The notes under the pieces were generated by a model that searched no databases, had not been told where the DNA came from, and was given only the letters and a program-made list of their open reading frames with translations. Position numbers and translations under genes: made by a program. A DNA stretch of 47,225 nucleotides, taken from Moniliella sp. 'wahieum' (lineage: Eukaryota). This document shows positions 1-12,800 of this stretch, piece by piece. Numbering within the stretch: position 1 is the first letter of the stretch; every line of letters starts with the position of its first letter. The DNA lies in the NCBI GenBank assembly GCA_003971905.1, contig RSEE01000021.1, positions 744,001 through 791,225 on the forward strand. Direction: 5' to 3'.

Positions 1-665
1 TCGCGGGAGACGAATTGGACAGTCCAAGCACCACCGTGGGCGTTGCCCTCGTCTTCCCATGCCGGCTTGATACCTTCAAGGAAACATGCTTGGACCAGGG
101 ACGTAAGTGCCCGGGACGAGGGGGTAGCGATGACGTGCCCCACTCGCAGCTTGCAACGCAGCGTCAGGGCGCGAAGGTAGGGCTCCCACTACACCTACCC
201 TGTACTGTACCTGTACCGCACCCGGTGGTGTAGTAACCCACACCGGACGTCGGAGCGGCCCTCTGACAGAGCGGGGTCGTCGTTGTGCGCTCCCTCGACG
301 GGAAGGCAAGACCGGGGCCAAACGAGCATTCAAGCACTGAATGGTATCCAGCACAGCGGGTTTGCCCCAAGCTTCTTGCTGGAGCACGGTGAGTTGGCGC
401 GGGTCCTGGATGGGACCACAGGGGGCCGGAGCGAATTGCTGTAGCCAGTTGGCGCCATGGACACGACTGGGACCACGGGCTCCCTGGGCAAGCGATTCAG
501 TGCTGGTCCAGAAAGCCCATGCGGGGGCTGGGGGGGCAGGCGCAGGCGCAGGAGGCGCGGCCCAGGCGGAATCCAGTGTGCCACAGCCCCCGCCGCTTGC
601 GGGTGCGGGTGCGGGTGCGGTGGGGCCGGCCGACTAGAGGAGGGCGATGTGGGCATGGGGGGCAT
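1..665 (-). CDS. eIF4E-family cap-binding translation initiation factor, partial (3' part beyond window start; 5' part frameshifted)
   Basis: Manual translation of the minus strand over ~90..1 gives ACFLEGIKPAWEDEGNAHGGAWTVQFVSR. This matches the eIF4E signature F-x-x-G-I-x-P-x-W-E-D-x-x-N-x-x-G-G-x-W. There is a probable intron at ~221..150 (GTGCGG...CTGAC...AAG). The start at 665 (MPPMPTSP...) is a guess. Confidence 0.75.
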
Positions 666-1253
666 GGGGCACAGGACAAGGCCAAGACGAGCGGGAGGAG
701 GGGGGTGGGTGGGTGGATACAGGGACTATGGATGGGGTTAAACGTCAATAGTACTCAATACTCAGTGCCCCTGGCGCAACGCTGCATGCGCCACACGCTG
801 CGCTGCGGGGGGGCACTGGCCATGCACTGGCAGTGTACGTGTACTGCCCCCCCGCCGCACCCGTATCCGACCCATTGCAAGTGTCAGGCGCACCTCTCCT
901 TGGCGATGCGATCCCCTTGCGCCTTCCAGCGTGGCGGGTGCCTCGCCGCGTCACGTGTCATCCGTGTCCCCTTTGGATTGCTCTACTCGGCGTCTCCGGT
1001 GTCTCCCAGCGCGATCCTTAGATGGTCAAGGATCGGATGATACGATAGATCGGTCGATCGATCGATCACTGTGTATCCAGTGTCCAGCGTCCAGTGTCCA
1101 GCGTCTATTAGCAACGACAAGCGGGCTGCTACTCTGCTCGTGTGTGTGTGTAGAAGGGGGACAATACAATGGCACAGAAGCAATCGTTCGAGGCGACAGG
1201 GAAGAGGAGAGACAAGGTGCATGCGAATCAGACACCGGCGACGGGCAAGGTTG

Positions 1254-1428
1254 AATAACGAACAACGAACAACGGATAGCGAATAACGAATAAACGAATA
1301 GCGAATAGCGGATAGGGAAGAGATGGTGAATGGTGAAATGGTGAATGGTCAATAGGGGGCGAGTAACTGTGGTGAATGGTGAAAGGTGAATGGTGAAAGG
1401 TGAATGGCGAAAGGTCAAATGTGAATGG
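1254..1428. repeat. Degenerate 7-bp microsatellites (AATAACG/AATAGCG, then GGTGAAT/GGTGAAA)
   Basis: Tandem heptamers visible directly in the sequence. Confidence 0.85.
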
Positions 1429-1971
1429 CATCCCGGGCAAGGAGGAGGGTAGAACGACGAGCGGTGCCCGGGCGTGCCAACAACACCAACACGCACCGAA
1501 AGGGCAAGGGAGGGGGGAAACGACAGAGCAAGAACAGAAGGAGAACACAGGTCCATGGGGAGAACCCGAAACCAAACAGACAAATCCAACACCAAACCCA
1601 ACACCAACACCAACATCAAACAGATAAAACCAAAACCAAACAGAACAACCCAACACCAAACCAAAAACCAAACCCAAACACAGAAACCCACAAACACCCC
1701 GTGACCCTGTCTAAGCATTAAGCCTTCCATTGGAGGTAGTAGCAACGAGCAAATGCGGGCAGAGCAGGGCAGGGCAGGGCAGGGCAGGATAGGGTCGATA
1801 GGATAAGGCAAGCGCAACAAGATGAGGTGAGAGACCCCCCCCCCCCGCCCTGTCACCCTACCACCCTAGCTTGCGCCGCGCTGCCCCGTGGGAACCGAGT
1901 ACCGTGTTGCTAACCCAAGGCGGGGCGGGGGTTACCGGTTACCGGTTCCGGTTACTGGTTGTGACGTTTTT

Positions 1972-3630
1972 TCATGTGACGAGCGAGGCTATCGGTGCGG
2001 GACAAGGACAATCCACAGAGGGGGCAGAGGTACTTGTGGGACGCGGTGCGCTCGACCTGGCGGGGGAAGAGACGGTACGAGCAGAATTTGGGTTTGGGTG
2101 AGGGGTTGGACGCGGGGGAGAAAAGCCAGGGATACGCAATGGACCTAAACCTAAGTTACCACCAGCTTGGTGTACCTCCAGAGGATGTTTACGTTTCACG
2201 TGGCGTGTCAAGCTGTCCATCCTGCTCGTCGGACCGAACAAAACGGACAGGAAAATGTACCCTTCGACCGGCCGGGACGTAAGCGGCGACGCACAGCCAA
2301 GTCCGACTGGGACTCGTCGTCCAACGAAACGTCTGTCGCTGTCCCTATCGTTGTCCCTGTTGCTGTCGCTGTTCCTGAAGTCGGTCCCGTACCATAGGTC
2401 GCACCACACGTCACCCCCTGCACCGTCGACGAAGATGAAGGCGAGCTGGACAAGGTCGTTCCGCGTTCGGGCGAATCCAGCTGGCCCAGACTGCGCGAAC
2501 GAGAAAAGAGTGCTGAACGTAAGGGCCACAGCGGTGCAGGTTGCATAAATGGCGCGTAGAGTGGAAACGAAAGGGGCTGACGGAATTGGTCAAATAGGCC
2601 TTGAGCCTGCGCTTGAGCCTGAGCCTGAGCTTGAGCCTGAGCCTGCGCTTGCGCTTGAGCTTGCGCTTGCGCTTGAGCCTGCGCATGCGCTTGGGAAGGG
2701 ACCTGGCCAGGAAAGGACGGTAGTGCTGCCGTTGGCAAAGCGGCCGAGGGAAAAGCAGGGGCATCAGGCTCGGGTGCCGGCTGGGTTTGGGTTTGGGTTT
2801 GAGTGTGGACACTAGGGGGCAGGGGTGCGGGGAACCGAAGTGGGCCAAAAGACGGGACCGATTTGGTCGGGGTGGCGCAAGAACAGGTTCGGCATGGTGC
2901 AGTGCTACCTGATGCTGTTCTTGGTCTTGGTCTTGGTCATGGTCATGGTCATGGTCACGGTCTTGGTCTTGTTCTTGGGTTTGTGCTTGGTCTTGGTTTT
3001 GTGTGTGTTTTTGTGCGTGGTCTTGGTCTTGTGCGGAGGTAGGTTGCGTTTGCGTTTGCGTTTGCGTTTGCGTTTGCGTTTGCGTGTGGGTGCGGGTCGG
3101 AGTCAGAGTCAGAGGTGGGCCTGGGGGCTCGACCTGGGACTGGGTCGGACTGGTGAGATGAGCCAGAGGCATTCGCTGGTCCGACGACCACGTTGGTGCT
3201 AACAATGTGGGATGGGCGTTGGGTTGCGAGTGAGCAAGCGAGTTGAGATGCGAGTTGAGATGCGAACTGAGATGCGAACTGAGATGAGAGTTGAGATGAG
3301 AGTTGAGATGCGAGTTGAGATGTGAGTGAGGAAGCGAGTGGGGAGGGGGGAAGAGTAAGCTGGATCGAGGTACTGCGCAGGCGAGGGGGAAGATGGAACT
3401 GGTACAATCCCACCATCCAATCCGCCATCCAAGCCACGTTCCAACCCACTGTGCAATCCACTATGCAACCCACGTTCGACGGCAGCTGGGGCATCGAGGG
3501 GGGGAGGGTTCAATGGCCACAGTTCCAAAAGCGGAGTAGGACCGGGGTGATGCGCGCTGGCAGCAAGCTCGGGTGGTGGGGCGGCAGCCAGGAGGCCGTG
3601 GCCCGGTTGAGGTGGACCAAAGGACGGCAT
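1972..3630 (-). CDS. Low-complexity protein with a C-terminal C2H2 zinc finger (putative transcription factor), frameshifted
   Basis: Joining ORFs 2208..2738 and 1972..2529 across a 1-nt indel at ~2232 gives FSCPFCSV-x-TSRMDSLTRHVKRKH (C-x2-C-x12-H-x4-H). Upstream fragments give (AQ)n, (QT)n, (DH/DQ)n and SQLA repeats. Candidate ATG at 3630 (MPSFGPPQ). Confidence 0.65.
2600..2692 (-). repeat. Hexamer repeat encoding poly(Gln-Ala), about 14 units
   Basis: On the + strand, CTTGAG/CCTGAG/CTTGCG units; translated as AQAQAQ... in ORF 2208..2738. Confidence 0.9.
3238..3326. repeat. 12-bp tandem repeat (GAGTTGAGATGC), about 7 copies
   Basis: Direct inspection; reads SQLA/SQLS/SQFA on the minus strand. 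Confidence 0.9.
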
Positions 3631-5403
3631 GAGAGCAGAAGAGCAGAAAGCAGAAGAGCGTCGGTGGGCTTGGGCCTGCCGAGCAGTGGCGGTGGCAGTG
3701 GCGGGGGCCAAGAAGGGGAACGGGAGGGGGTCAGTGTCGGTGGTAAGGGTGGTGGCGATGGCAGTGGCGATGGCAGTGGCGATGGCAGTGGCACTGGCAA
3801 TGGCACTGGCAGTGACGATGGCGCTGACAAGCGCAATGGCAATGGCCTTACACAGGCCGGAGTGGTGCGAGTGCAGAGTGCAGAGTGCAGTGCGCCAGCG
3901 CACGCCAGAGGGCGTGGCAGAGCAACCCCAACCCCCTCCGAGTGCACCTTGTCCGCCCGATCGAGCCAGGCGCCGGCGGAGGGTCACGTGATACGTCTCG
4001 CACTGCCTTTTCAGCTAAACGTTTTCAATTGAAATTGAACTTCCACGTGAAGCTCAAAGATTCAAATAGCAATAGGCAAGTGCCAATGGGGATGGGGACG
4101 CCTCAGCGCCTCAGCCTTTCAGGCTGAAAGCCTCACTCATAACCTTGTGCCCCCTACCCCCTACCCGTTCCCGCCCCATATCCATACCCTATCTATCTGC
4201 CCGAGCCTAGCGCTACCGCCGCCCACCGAACGAGCATCCCATGACTATCCCATACCTGTTCCCCAAACGAGCATCCCATGACTGTCCCATGCCTGTGCCC
4301 CCAGAGAGGGAGAAGAAGGGGCATGGCGTCGCGCCACGCCCCCCAAAGTGGTGGATTGGCGTATCGAGTGCGTATGTCAGATTGCGAGGATGGGGCTCGG
4401 AGCGTGGCCAAGCAAGCGAAGCGCTAAGCTGAGCCTTCGTTTCGTTTCAGCGAGGGAAGAGGAGGTAAGAGCGAAAGAGTAAGACTAAAAGTAAGAGTAA
4501 GGGAAGGGATAGGGGGGGTAGGAGGGGGAAGGAGGGTAAGATCGATAAGGCAAGGGCAGTGTGGTGGAGGGTAGGAGAGTAGGAGGATGGGGAGGGCGTG
4601 ATGAAGCTAGATACTTGAAGCTAGAGACTTGAAGTTTGAAGCGGACGCAGCAACGGCAGCTCATGAGCGCATGCTCGAACGAAGAACGATTCGGCCGGAG
4701 TGGAAGGACCCGGTCCGCGTGACAAGCCCAAAACCCCAAACCCCAAACCCGAAACCAGAAACTCGACAGAACCCTCCAAGCGCGCCCCGCACCCACAGCC
4801 ACAGCCACACCGCACCCACACCCACGCCCACTCCTTGCCACGCGCAGCGTAAGCGTACGAGGACGTCGGCACGCAATTAACCGTCCCGGGGTCTCGCGGT
4901 CTCGTGTTTCCGCGGGGCAATGAGCGTTCCACCTTCACCTTCACCTTCACCATCACCATGGCCAGCAGGTTCGTTCCACCATCAAACGCACCACGTACCA
5001 CGCGTCACGCGCAACGTTCGTTCCCCCCCCTCTTCTCCCGTCCCGTCCGGCCAGTAACAGCACACGTCCCCCGACCCGACCTGTGCCAAGCCGAAACGGG
5101 GTGAGGCCGGTGAGGCACGTCCCAGCCCCTCCCCCACCTGGGCCTGGGCCTCCGGTCTTCCGTCTCCGGTCTGTGGCGTGACGCATATGCTGGACGGATC
5201 CCCATTCCGCAGACCTGAGACCTGACACGTGAGACCTGAGACGGTTGCCCATGGTTCATGGTGGATCCCGGTGGGGGTGCTGGGTTAGTGATTAATGATG
5301 GGTGGGTGGCTGCGGTGTGGGGTGCCGAACTGAACTGAACTGAAGGTGGAAAAGGGATACATGCAGTCCGCCGCTCGCCGCTCCCACACCCCACGCCGCA
5401 CGC

Positions 5404-5453
5404 GGTGTCAGGTGTCAGGTGTCAGGTGTTAGGTGTCAGGTGTTAGGTGTCAG
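5404..5453. repeat. 7-bp microsatellite (GGTGTCA/GGTGTTA) x7
   Basis: Direct inspection; overlaps the 3' end of the OPT gene. Confidence 0.9.
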
Positions 5454-8400
5454 GATGGGATGCCATTGGGCGGGGGGTGAGCCAGGGCACATTAGCATAA
5501 TCCCTCGTGTTTCGCATGACGTCGGTGCCCACCATCGGAGCTGGATGGATCCGTCGCGGGGCAACTGGAGTGCAAGAAAGACAATGATACTTGCGATGGC
5601 AGCGCCGGCATCGAGGGCGGCCGAGGTGATGTACTGGTACCTGTCCCAGAACTTGAAGGAGATGTGGCGGATGAACCACTGAGTGAGCACGTTGGGGATG
5701 ATAAACAGTACGACATTGATCGGTGGAAGAAGGGATGAAAGTAGCTGCGAGTAAGAGGACAGGTGCAGAGACGTATTCGATTTGAGGACGTGCCTTGCCT
5801 GCCCACCAGATCGGAACGGGTAACAGCGCCCCACCCAGCATCCACCAGTACAGCGACTGGTACCGTCCGCTACCGCCAAAGAGGCGTTGAGGACCAATGG
5901 TGCCCCATACAATGGAGGAGGTGTAAGCTTTTGTGCCCCGAGACAGATCATGCCGCCAGCCTGTTGTGGACTGCACAGGTCATGCACTTTCCACATCAAG
6001 AACGACTTGGTGGCGAATTGTACCGTGTACGTCCACAGTACAAAGAGGGTTTGTGCCACGATCGAGACCCGCGGTGGCACCTTGAGGTAATGGCCCATCT
6101 TGAGTGCCGACGCATAGAGTAGGGCAATGTTGTTGACGGAGATGCAGAAGGTTTTGAATAAAATGTTGGTCGCAGCGGAGCCGGGATGCATGTACCCAGC
6201 GACCAAGTCGGCCAGCACATTGGTAAATGAGATAAACAGGTTGGTCTGCGCAAAGACCAAGCCGGCAGGTAAGAAGAAGATGGCGCAAATGCTAAATGCG
6301 ACAACCGACTAAAGATTGGCATGCCAGTGTTTAATCCTCGCACCGCGCCAATCCCAATCGCAAACCCAATCGGTAAAAGCAAAAGTACCACCCACTCAGG
6401 CACTTGCGGGTACTTGAACATCATCTTGGCGTGAATATCGTCCTTCTCCGCTCGGCCGTACTTGATCACACCTACCACCGCATGGTAGTAGTGCAAGCCA
6501 AAGCACCAGCAGCGCAAATGGCATGGCCAGCCCGCACCGTAAATCAAGTAAAACCCATACGAGAGAAAGGCAGGCGAATAGGCTTGGTACTTGGCCTCGC
6601 TGTACGGTCCATGCGGCCCATCCAGTACACGGCTCACGTCGTACGCGTGTCCGTACTTGTCGTACACCCCACTGCCCAAGAGGGGAAAGTAACCAAAGTT
6701 GAGACTCTGCAGGAGAGCAGAAAAGGGTACACCAAACACGCACGGCAAAACCAACAACCCAAAGGCAAACAGGCAAACGGGCAAAACCAACAAGGACAGA
6801 ACGTACGTTGGTAAAGAGCAGCACTGTGCCCAGTACGATCCAAAAAATGCAGTAGGCAATAGCAAGGTTGAGGCTTGTCCACCACGGTGGGACAAGAGGG
6901 GAGGTGATGGTAGAGAATTGGGTCCAGTCGAGCGAGATGGGGAAGAGGGCGAGACCATTTTTGTACCCAAACATATGGTTCACCACGACCGACGAAGGTT
7001 TTGTCCAGCACACCCAATTGAAGAAGCTTAGGGCGGTAGCGAGGTAGGTGGGTATGAACTGCCAGCAAGCCATGCCGACCATGAGGAACTTGAAGTAGCG
7101 TAAGCGGGTGAACCCATTGATCGGTTCTTCCTCAGCGTGTAACACATTGATCAACAGAGAGATGGTGAGGTTGTATGGCCAGATAGTGCTGGCGGCACGT
7201 ACGAGGAAACGTTGGCTCAAGCCAGCCAAGCCGATCCCGACAAACGCACTGGACCAACTGACCAGCAACCCAGTGCGAACGCACCGCCTTGCACATGGTG
7301 GTCCCAGAAATACTTGTTGTCAATCGACGGGAGAATAAACACCGGGTAGCTCGTGTAATTGTTGACGGTGACCATGCTCATTTGGGCCAACAGTCCATGC
7401 TCCTTCATTGTCCACTCGCCCGGGTTGAGCGCAACTGTCCTGCCCGGTCCAAACAAGAAGGAAGGTAAGGGAATGTTGACATTGGGCATATGACGTGCCC
7501 ATGCCTTACCCGTCGGCCACGCAAACAACACCATCAATGGTGCCGTCAATGTCGGCGAGGGGAAGCGTAACGTCCAATACGCATTGGCCGCGACGGAAAT
7601 AGTGATGCAGGTAAATGCTAAAATCCATACCCGCAACGTATTGCACGCTTCGTCCACATCGTCGCTCTGAACACTGATTTGAACTTCGACGTAGGGACTG
7701 TCTTCGGCATGCGGGTCTTGCAGCATGACCGTTTGAGGTTGGCGTTTGTTAGGCTGGTGAGTGGTGGTGGGGAAGGAGAAGCGGGACGGGTCCGAGTCAG
7801 CTGGCATGGCATCGAGTGAAATGGGGTGCCAAGCACGGGAGGAAGAGGACAGCAGCACGTCCGCCCAGGTCGTACTTGACCTCGGACATGTCCGATCCTT
7901 CGCCATCGGCTGGACCGGCCAGAGACGAAAACAGGTCAGCCGACTGGCGAGGACCGGGCGGATAGGGCAAAGCGTGCTGGGTGACCGACACGTGCGCGCC
8001 GTTGGTCCCGCTGAAAACGCCAGGAGAAGAGGGTGAGAGTGGGGGCGAGGCAGTGGGAGAAGTTGGGGCTGGGGCTGGGACAGGGGCAGGGGCTGGATCT
8101 GCAGCTGCAGCTGAGGGGCAAGAAAGGGTCGAGGGGAAGTGGAAAGCGGGAGCTGGTCTTTGACCGACGACAGCGGGTGGGCCAAGGTAGAATCGGCAAA
8201 GGCTTGGTTGTAAGCCGGATGGCCCAGCGGCGGGGGGAAGGCGGTAGAACCTGCGCCTGCTGCCCCTGTCCCTGCTGCTGCTCATCCTCCTCATCCTCTG
8301 CCTCTGTCCGGTCGTCAGGCAAGGGAGGCGGCTGGAAGCAAACACCTTGTCCAGATCCTCTTGGTCCGAGTCTTCCTCGCACTCCTCGCGGATGCGCTGA

Positions 8401-8771
8401 AAGTGGGCATCGTCATCGGCCGTGTTGCGTCCATGGGGGTTGAGCGCAATGTCAATGTCAGGCGCGGGGCGCGGGTGCGGGTGGAGGGGCGGATGGTGGA
8501 GGTGCTGGGGCGCGGGGGCCAGGCATGAGCAAACTCGTAGGCGGACACGGGGGCGGCGCCAGTGGCGGCGTGGAAGAAGGCAAAGGGAGCGTCGGCGGGG
8601 GAGAAGGCCGGGAGCGCGGCGGGCGCATGGCTGGTGCCGGGGCGGAAGCGGGGCGCGGGGTCAGGGTCAGGGTCGGGGTCGGGGTCGAGGTCAGTGGGGG
8701 TGGGGAGGAGGGTGGGAAGAAGGCAAAGGCGATGCGCCGATGGCCGCTGAGTCGTCGAGCGCGGCGGACAT
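5436..8771 (-). CDS. OPT-family oligopeptide transporter (Isp4/OPT1-like), intron-containing, several frameshifts
   Basis: EDSPYVEVQISV (SPYxEVR motif), NTLRVWIL, LNPGEWTMKEHGL (NPG/KEH motifs), DWTQF, YQAYSPAFLS, DDIHAKMMFKYPQVPEW, LKMGHYLKVPPR, IVWGTIGPQRLF and YITSAALDAG. A long low-complexity N-terminus starts from a candidate ATG at 8771 (MSAALDD). Confidence 0.92.
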
Positions 8772-9897
8772 GGCGCAGGGAGGGGGAGGGGGTGGAGATG
8801 GAGATAGGGATCGCGCTGGGGATGAGATGGAGATGGCGGTGGAGATGGAGATGGCGATGAAGATGGAGATGGCGATGAAGATGAAGATGGCGGTGGCAAT
8901 GGCAATGGCAATGCAGATGAAGATGGAGATGGCAATGCCGACAAAAGGCAGTGGATGGACAGACGGCAGGTGCGGTGGGAAGCCAAGGGTGATGGGCTGG
9001 TGATTGGAGGCGGGTGGGTTGGATGCGCCAGCGTCACCAACAGGTACCATCACGCGGCGGCTGTGTGCCCCCGTGCCGGCTGGGGATTGCGCAATGGGTA
9101 ATGGCGGGGCGGAGGCCTGCGTGTGCCTGCGTGTGCCTGCGTGTGCTGCGTGTGCCTGGCGCTGCGCTGCAGGGGGAGCCTGACGCGTGAGGCTGTCTGC
9201 ATACGTAAGCGTGCAGCAGCGGTGCCTGGGCGGCGGCCCTTGCATGGCTGCAAGTCTTAGCGCTGGGTTTAACACTGGGCTGGTGCCGGCCGGCGTGCGC
9301 TGCGGTGGCGCACGGGCGGCGCAGCGCCCTGCTGGGCGGGTGCAGGGGGGCGCGGCGGCTGCGGCAGCCACGGCAGAAGTGTGCTCGGCGGCTTGGCTGG
9401 GCTGGTGCTGGCGTCCCCCGGCAGCGCTCCAGCGTTGCGTGCTGCGTGCCTGGCTGCTGATTAAGAGTTGCCACAAATCCCACGCGCCACCTCACGCACC
9501 GCTGGAGGGTAGCCACTGCGGATGGACGTAGCCAGTGGCTGGACTGTGTATTACTACCAGCACCACCCATGCATACATGCATACATGCCCTCCGCAACCA
9601 CTCTCCAGGTGCCCGCTCGGCACACTGCCAGCACCAAGCAGCAACACAACACCACCCATGCCATCATCCAACAAGAACAACAACAAAACGACGACAGCCA
9701 GGGTATACTCGAGCACAACGCAACTGCGCAGCCAACAGTGCGGGGGGTATTAGGCAAAGTCAACATCAACATCAACGGAGGGCCAAGTGGAGGCACGCCC
9801 AACCCCAAATGAAAAGCGATACGAACAAAACAAAACAAACAAAACAAACCCAAACGATAGGCAAGGTGCCGCAGTCCTCAGTATACTCAGTGGGGGA

Positions 9898-12800
9898 TCA
9901 AAGTGGTGTCTTGTTGGACCGCCGCGGTGGATGCGTCGCGCACGACGCGAGAAAGATGGACTCCAACGTGATTGGCTGGACGTTGTAGTCGGTGATGCCG
10001 GCTTGCGCGAGCTGGGCAGCACCGTGGTCCAAGGTACGATACACGTCGGCGATGGAGGTGGCGATGGAAGGGGGGGAGCAAGAGGTAGAGCAAGGCCGGC
10101 CAGAGGCAGAGGCAGAGGCAGAGGCAGAGGCAGAGGCAGAGGCAAGGCAGAGGCAAGGCAGAGCAGAGGCAGAGGCAGAGGCAGAGGCAGAGGCAGAGGC
10201 AGAGCAAAAGGATAGAAAGAGGAAGAGGAAGAAGGAGAGGAAGAAGGAGAGGGAGAAGCAGGCAGCTGAGTCACCGATGGGGACCAGCCAGAGGGATCTC
10301 GTACCGCAACGTACTTCTCGCTCTTTCGCGCAAGGGGGAACAAGGGGAGCACGACGTGGGTCCAGATGAACTCGTGCTGGGCCACGAGGGTTGAGGTTGA
10401 GGTTGGGTGGATGAGCCTGGTGCGGGGGAGGTGTGCGTCCGCGCCCGGTACGGTTTTTGCCCATTCCCATCGCCACGAGATAAAGGTGCGGCCAAGCAAG
10501 ACAACCAATGTCCTGCTTGGAGGAGGACGGGTTGGTCCAACCCGACCCGACCACGAGCCTACCTTTCAGCCGCACTGGCGGTGGCCGACGGGTCGTCGAG
10601 GCGAGACCAGCGACGCATCCGTGTCGACGAAGGTGGGGGCCGCAGGGCCGGGGGGGACGTAGCGGAGGCAGACGGGTGGGTCCGGGGTGGGGTAGGTGGG
10701 GTCCAAGCCCAGGTCAATGGCGAATTGAATTTCGACCGAGGGAAAGCGGTTGCGAATGGACGCGAGGTCAAACGAGGAGCAAGTGTGTCCTGGATGGCCA
10801 TTCTGTCGCTGACTGCCTCGACTTCTTCGATCACTGGTGGGTGGTGGGAGTGGTGCTTGTAGAGCGGATGCGACGGAGAGGGACCAGAGGTAGCGTTGGT
10901 CAGCGTCGACGCCGGACTCAGTTCGTCCAGGAGGATGACGTGGGGGTTACCCAGTAAAGCAATAGCTAGCATGAGACGGCGCTTAGCCCCGCCACTCAAT
11001 GCGCCCGCTGCGCGCGACGCGAACGTGCTCAAGTCGCACAACGCCAGAGCGCGCGAACGTTCCGGTCCCGCTCTTGCTTTGAGCGCGCTACACCTCGCAC
11101 GCGCGTATGTGCGCAAGTGCGCCTCCACTGACAGACTCAGGTCCAGTCCGTCCTGCTGCGGGGACCGAAGCGAGCCGAGCCCGCACCGCCGTCCGGTGCC
11201 GCGCCACGTCCAGCCCACCCACGTACACCTCTCCCGTGGCAGGCGCAAGGTCAGCGCGGATGAGCTTGTGCAGCGTCGTCTTGCCCGCCGCATTGGGACC
11301 AAGCTACGTGGGAGAAGGTAGCGTCGCGGGCAAGATCATCACAGCATCAGAGCATCAGAGCATCAGCATGCACGATCGGGGACCGTAAGGAAACAAGGAA
11401 AAGGAAAAGAAAGAAAAAAAGAAGAGGAGGAGGACGTACCAACGCTAACGTCTCGCCCTGCGGGACTCCCAGTGACACATCGTCTACTGCACCACGGGGC
11501 CAACATGACGGTGGCATGCAGTACACGCACACCATCCGTATTGTCCGCCTGGTTCCCGCTTTCCTCGGCGCAACAGTCGGGTGAACATTAGTGAACGGTA
11601 CGTTCAAGGTCGGGTGTACTGTGCAGCAGTGTGGATGCGGGTGCGGGTGCGAAACGGTGAGGAGACGTGGTGAGCCAAGGCGGGAGGGGGTAGTGGGGAC
11701 GTTGTGGGTCCACTGCGTTCCAAAAAGCATGCTATCGAGCGCGACGGTGATGGTGGGAGAGCGACGAAGAGCCAAAGGATGGCATAGAGGATAGGTCCAC
11801 CAAAGTATCGTATATGGATCCAGGGCTGGCCCTGGCAAAGTCGGCACGACGTCGCAGAGTAAATTGAACAAGTTACCCGATAAGAAGATGGCCCATAAGA
11901 CGGATGTGGCAGGGGCTAAGATGCCCAGAGCCCACCAGATGGCAGTTAGCATGCCTAGGCATATCATCCGTCACGACAAACGTCGCACAGCGGCCAAGAT
12001 GGAAGCTATCATGATGAGCAAAGCGACCACGTTCCAGATTGTCGCGACGGCGAAGGCGGCCAAGGGACCTGGTGTGAGGTGGGTGATCCAGAATGCCTGA
12101 GCGGTGCACGCGAGCCCGAGAAGAACAGCACGAGCCAAAGGTAAGCAATGTGAAGAAATGGCCATTGCCAGCAGCGGCGTAGATGATAGTCACAGGCACA
12201 GTAGCCAGTACCACGATCGGAAGCTCAGCGAAGAAATGGCCGAGCCAGAGGGAGAGGTCGTTGGCCATTGGTGAGGAGGAGCTGTTGCGCGCCAGACTGC
12301 CGTTCGTCGACGGTACCAACGCAGCCAACGCAGGCCAGACACTGTGCACCAAAGCAAGATGACAGCCATTTTGAGTGCGCCACCTAGGTCGTCACCAAAC
12401 GCCATGCTGGCCATATGCTGGAACAGCACTTGCGTCACGGGCGCAGGCACAGTGGCGTTCCGCTGGGCTGCATCCTGAGCCATAACTGGTAGTCACCACC
12501 GACAAGAGTTCTACGCCCGCTACGCCGCCCTGACGATCGCCGAGCCAGGCAAGCTAGCTGGCGAAGCGGGGTAAGGTCGATGCTGCCTACGGGATCTGCT
12601 TCCACGGGCCGGATGGGGTGTAAGTAGCAGACCAGTTGGATGCGCTTGCCGAGGAAACGAGAAGGCGCATAGGTAGCGTTGAGGTGAGCCTGTCGAGGGT
12701 GGGAACACATTCACCACTTGCGCTACCGACCCTAACGAGTACACGTCTTGGTACTCGGCAAACCCACGGGTACAACTTGCGTTGCGGTCCTTGGTAAACG

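Noticed and set aside
1026..1856. 276-aa hydrophobic ORF that looks like a membrane protein
   Set aside because: The hydrophobicity comes from A/C-rich simple repeats read on the opposite strand; no family motif.
9992..10369. EAEAEA/KR-rich ORF resembling a Kex2/Ste13-processed pheromone precursor
   Set aside because: It is the antisense reading of the (AGAGGC)n microsatellite inside ABCA; no signal peptide or repeated core peptide.
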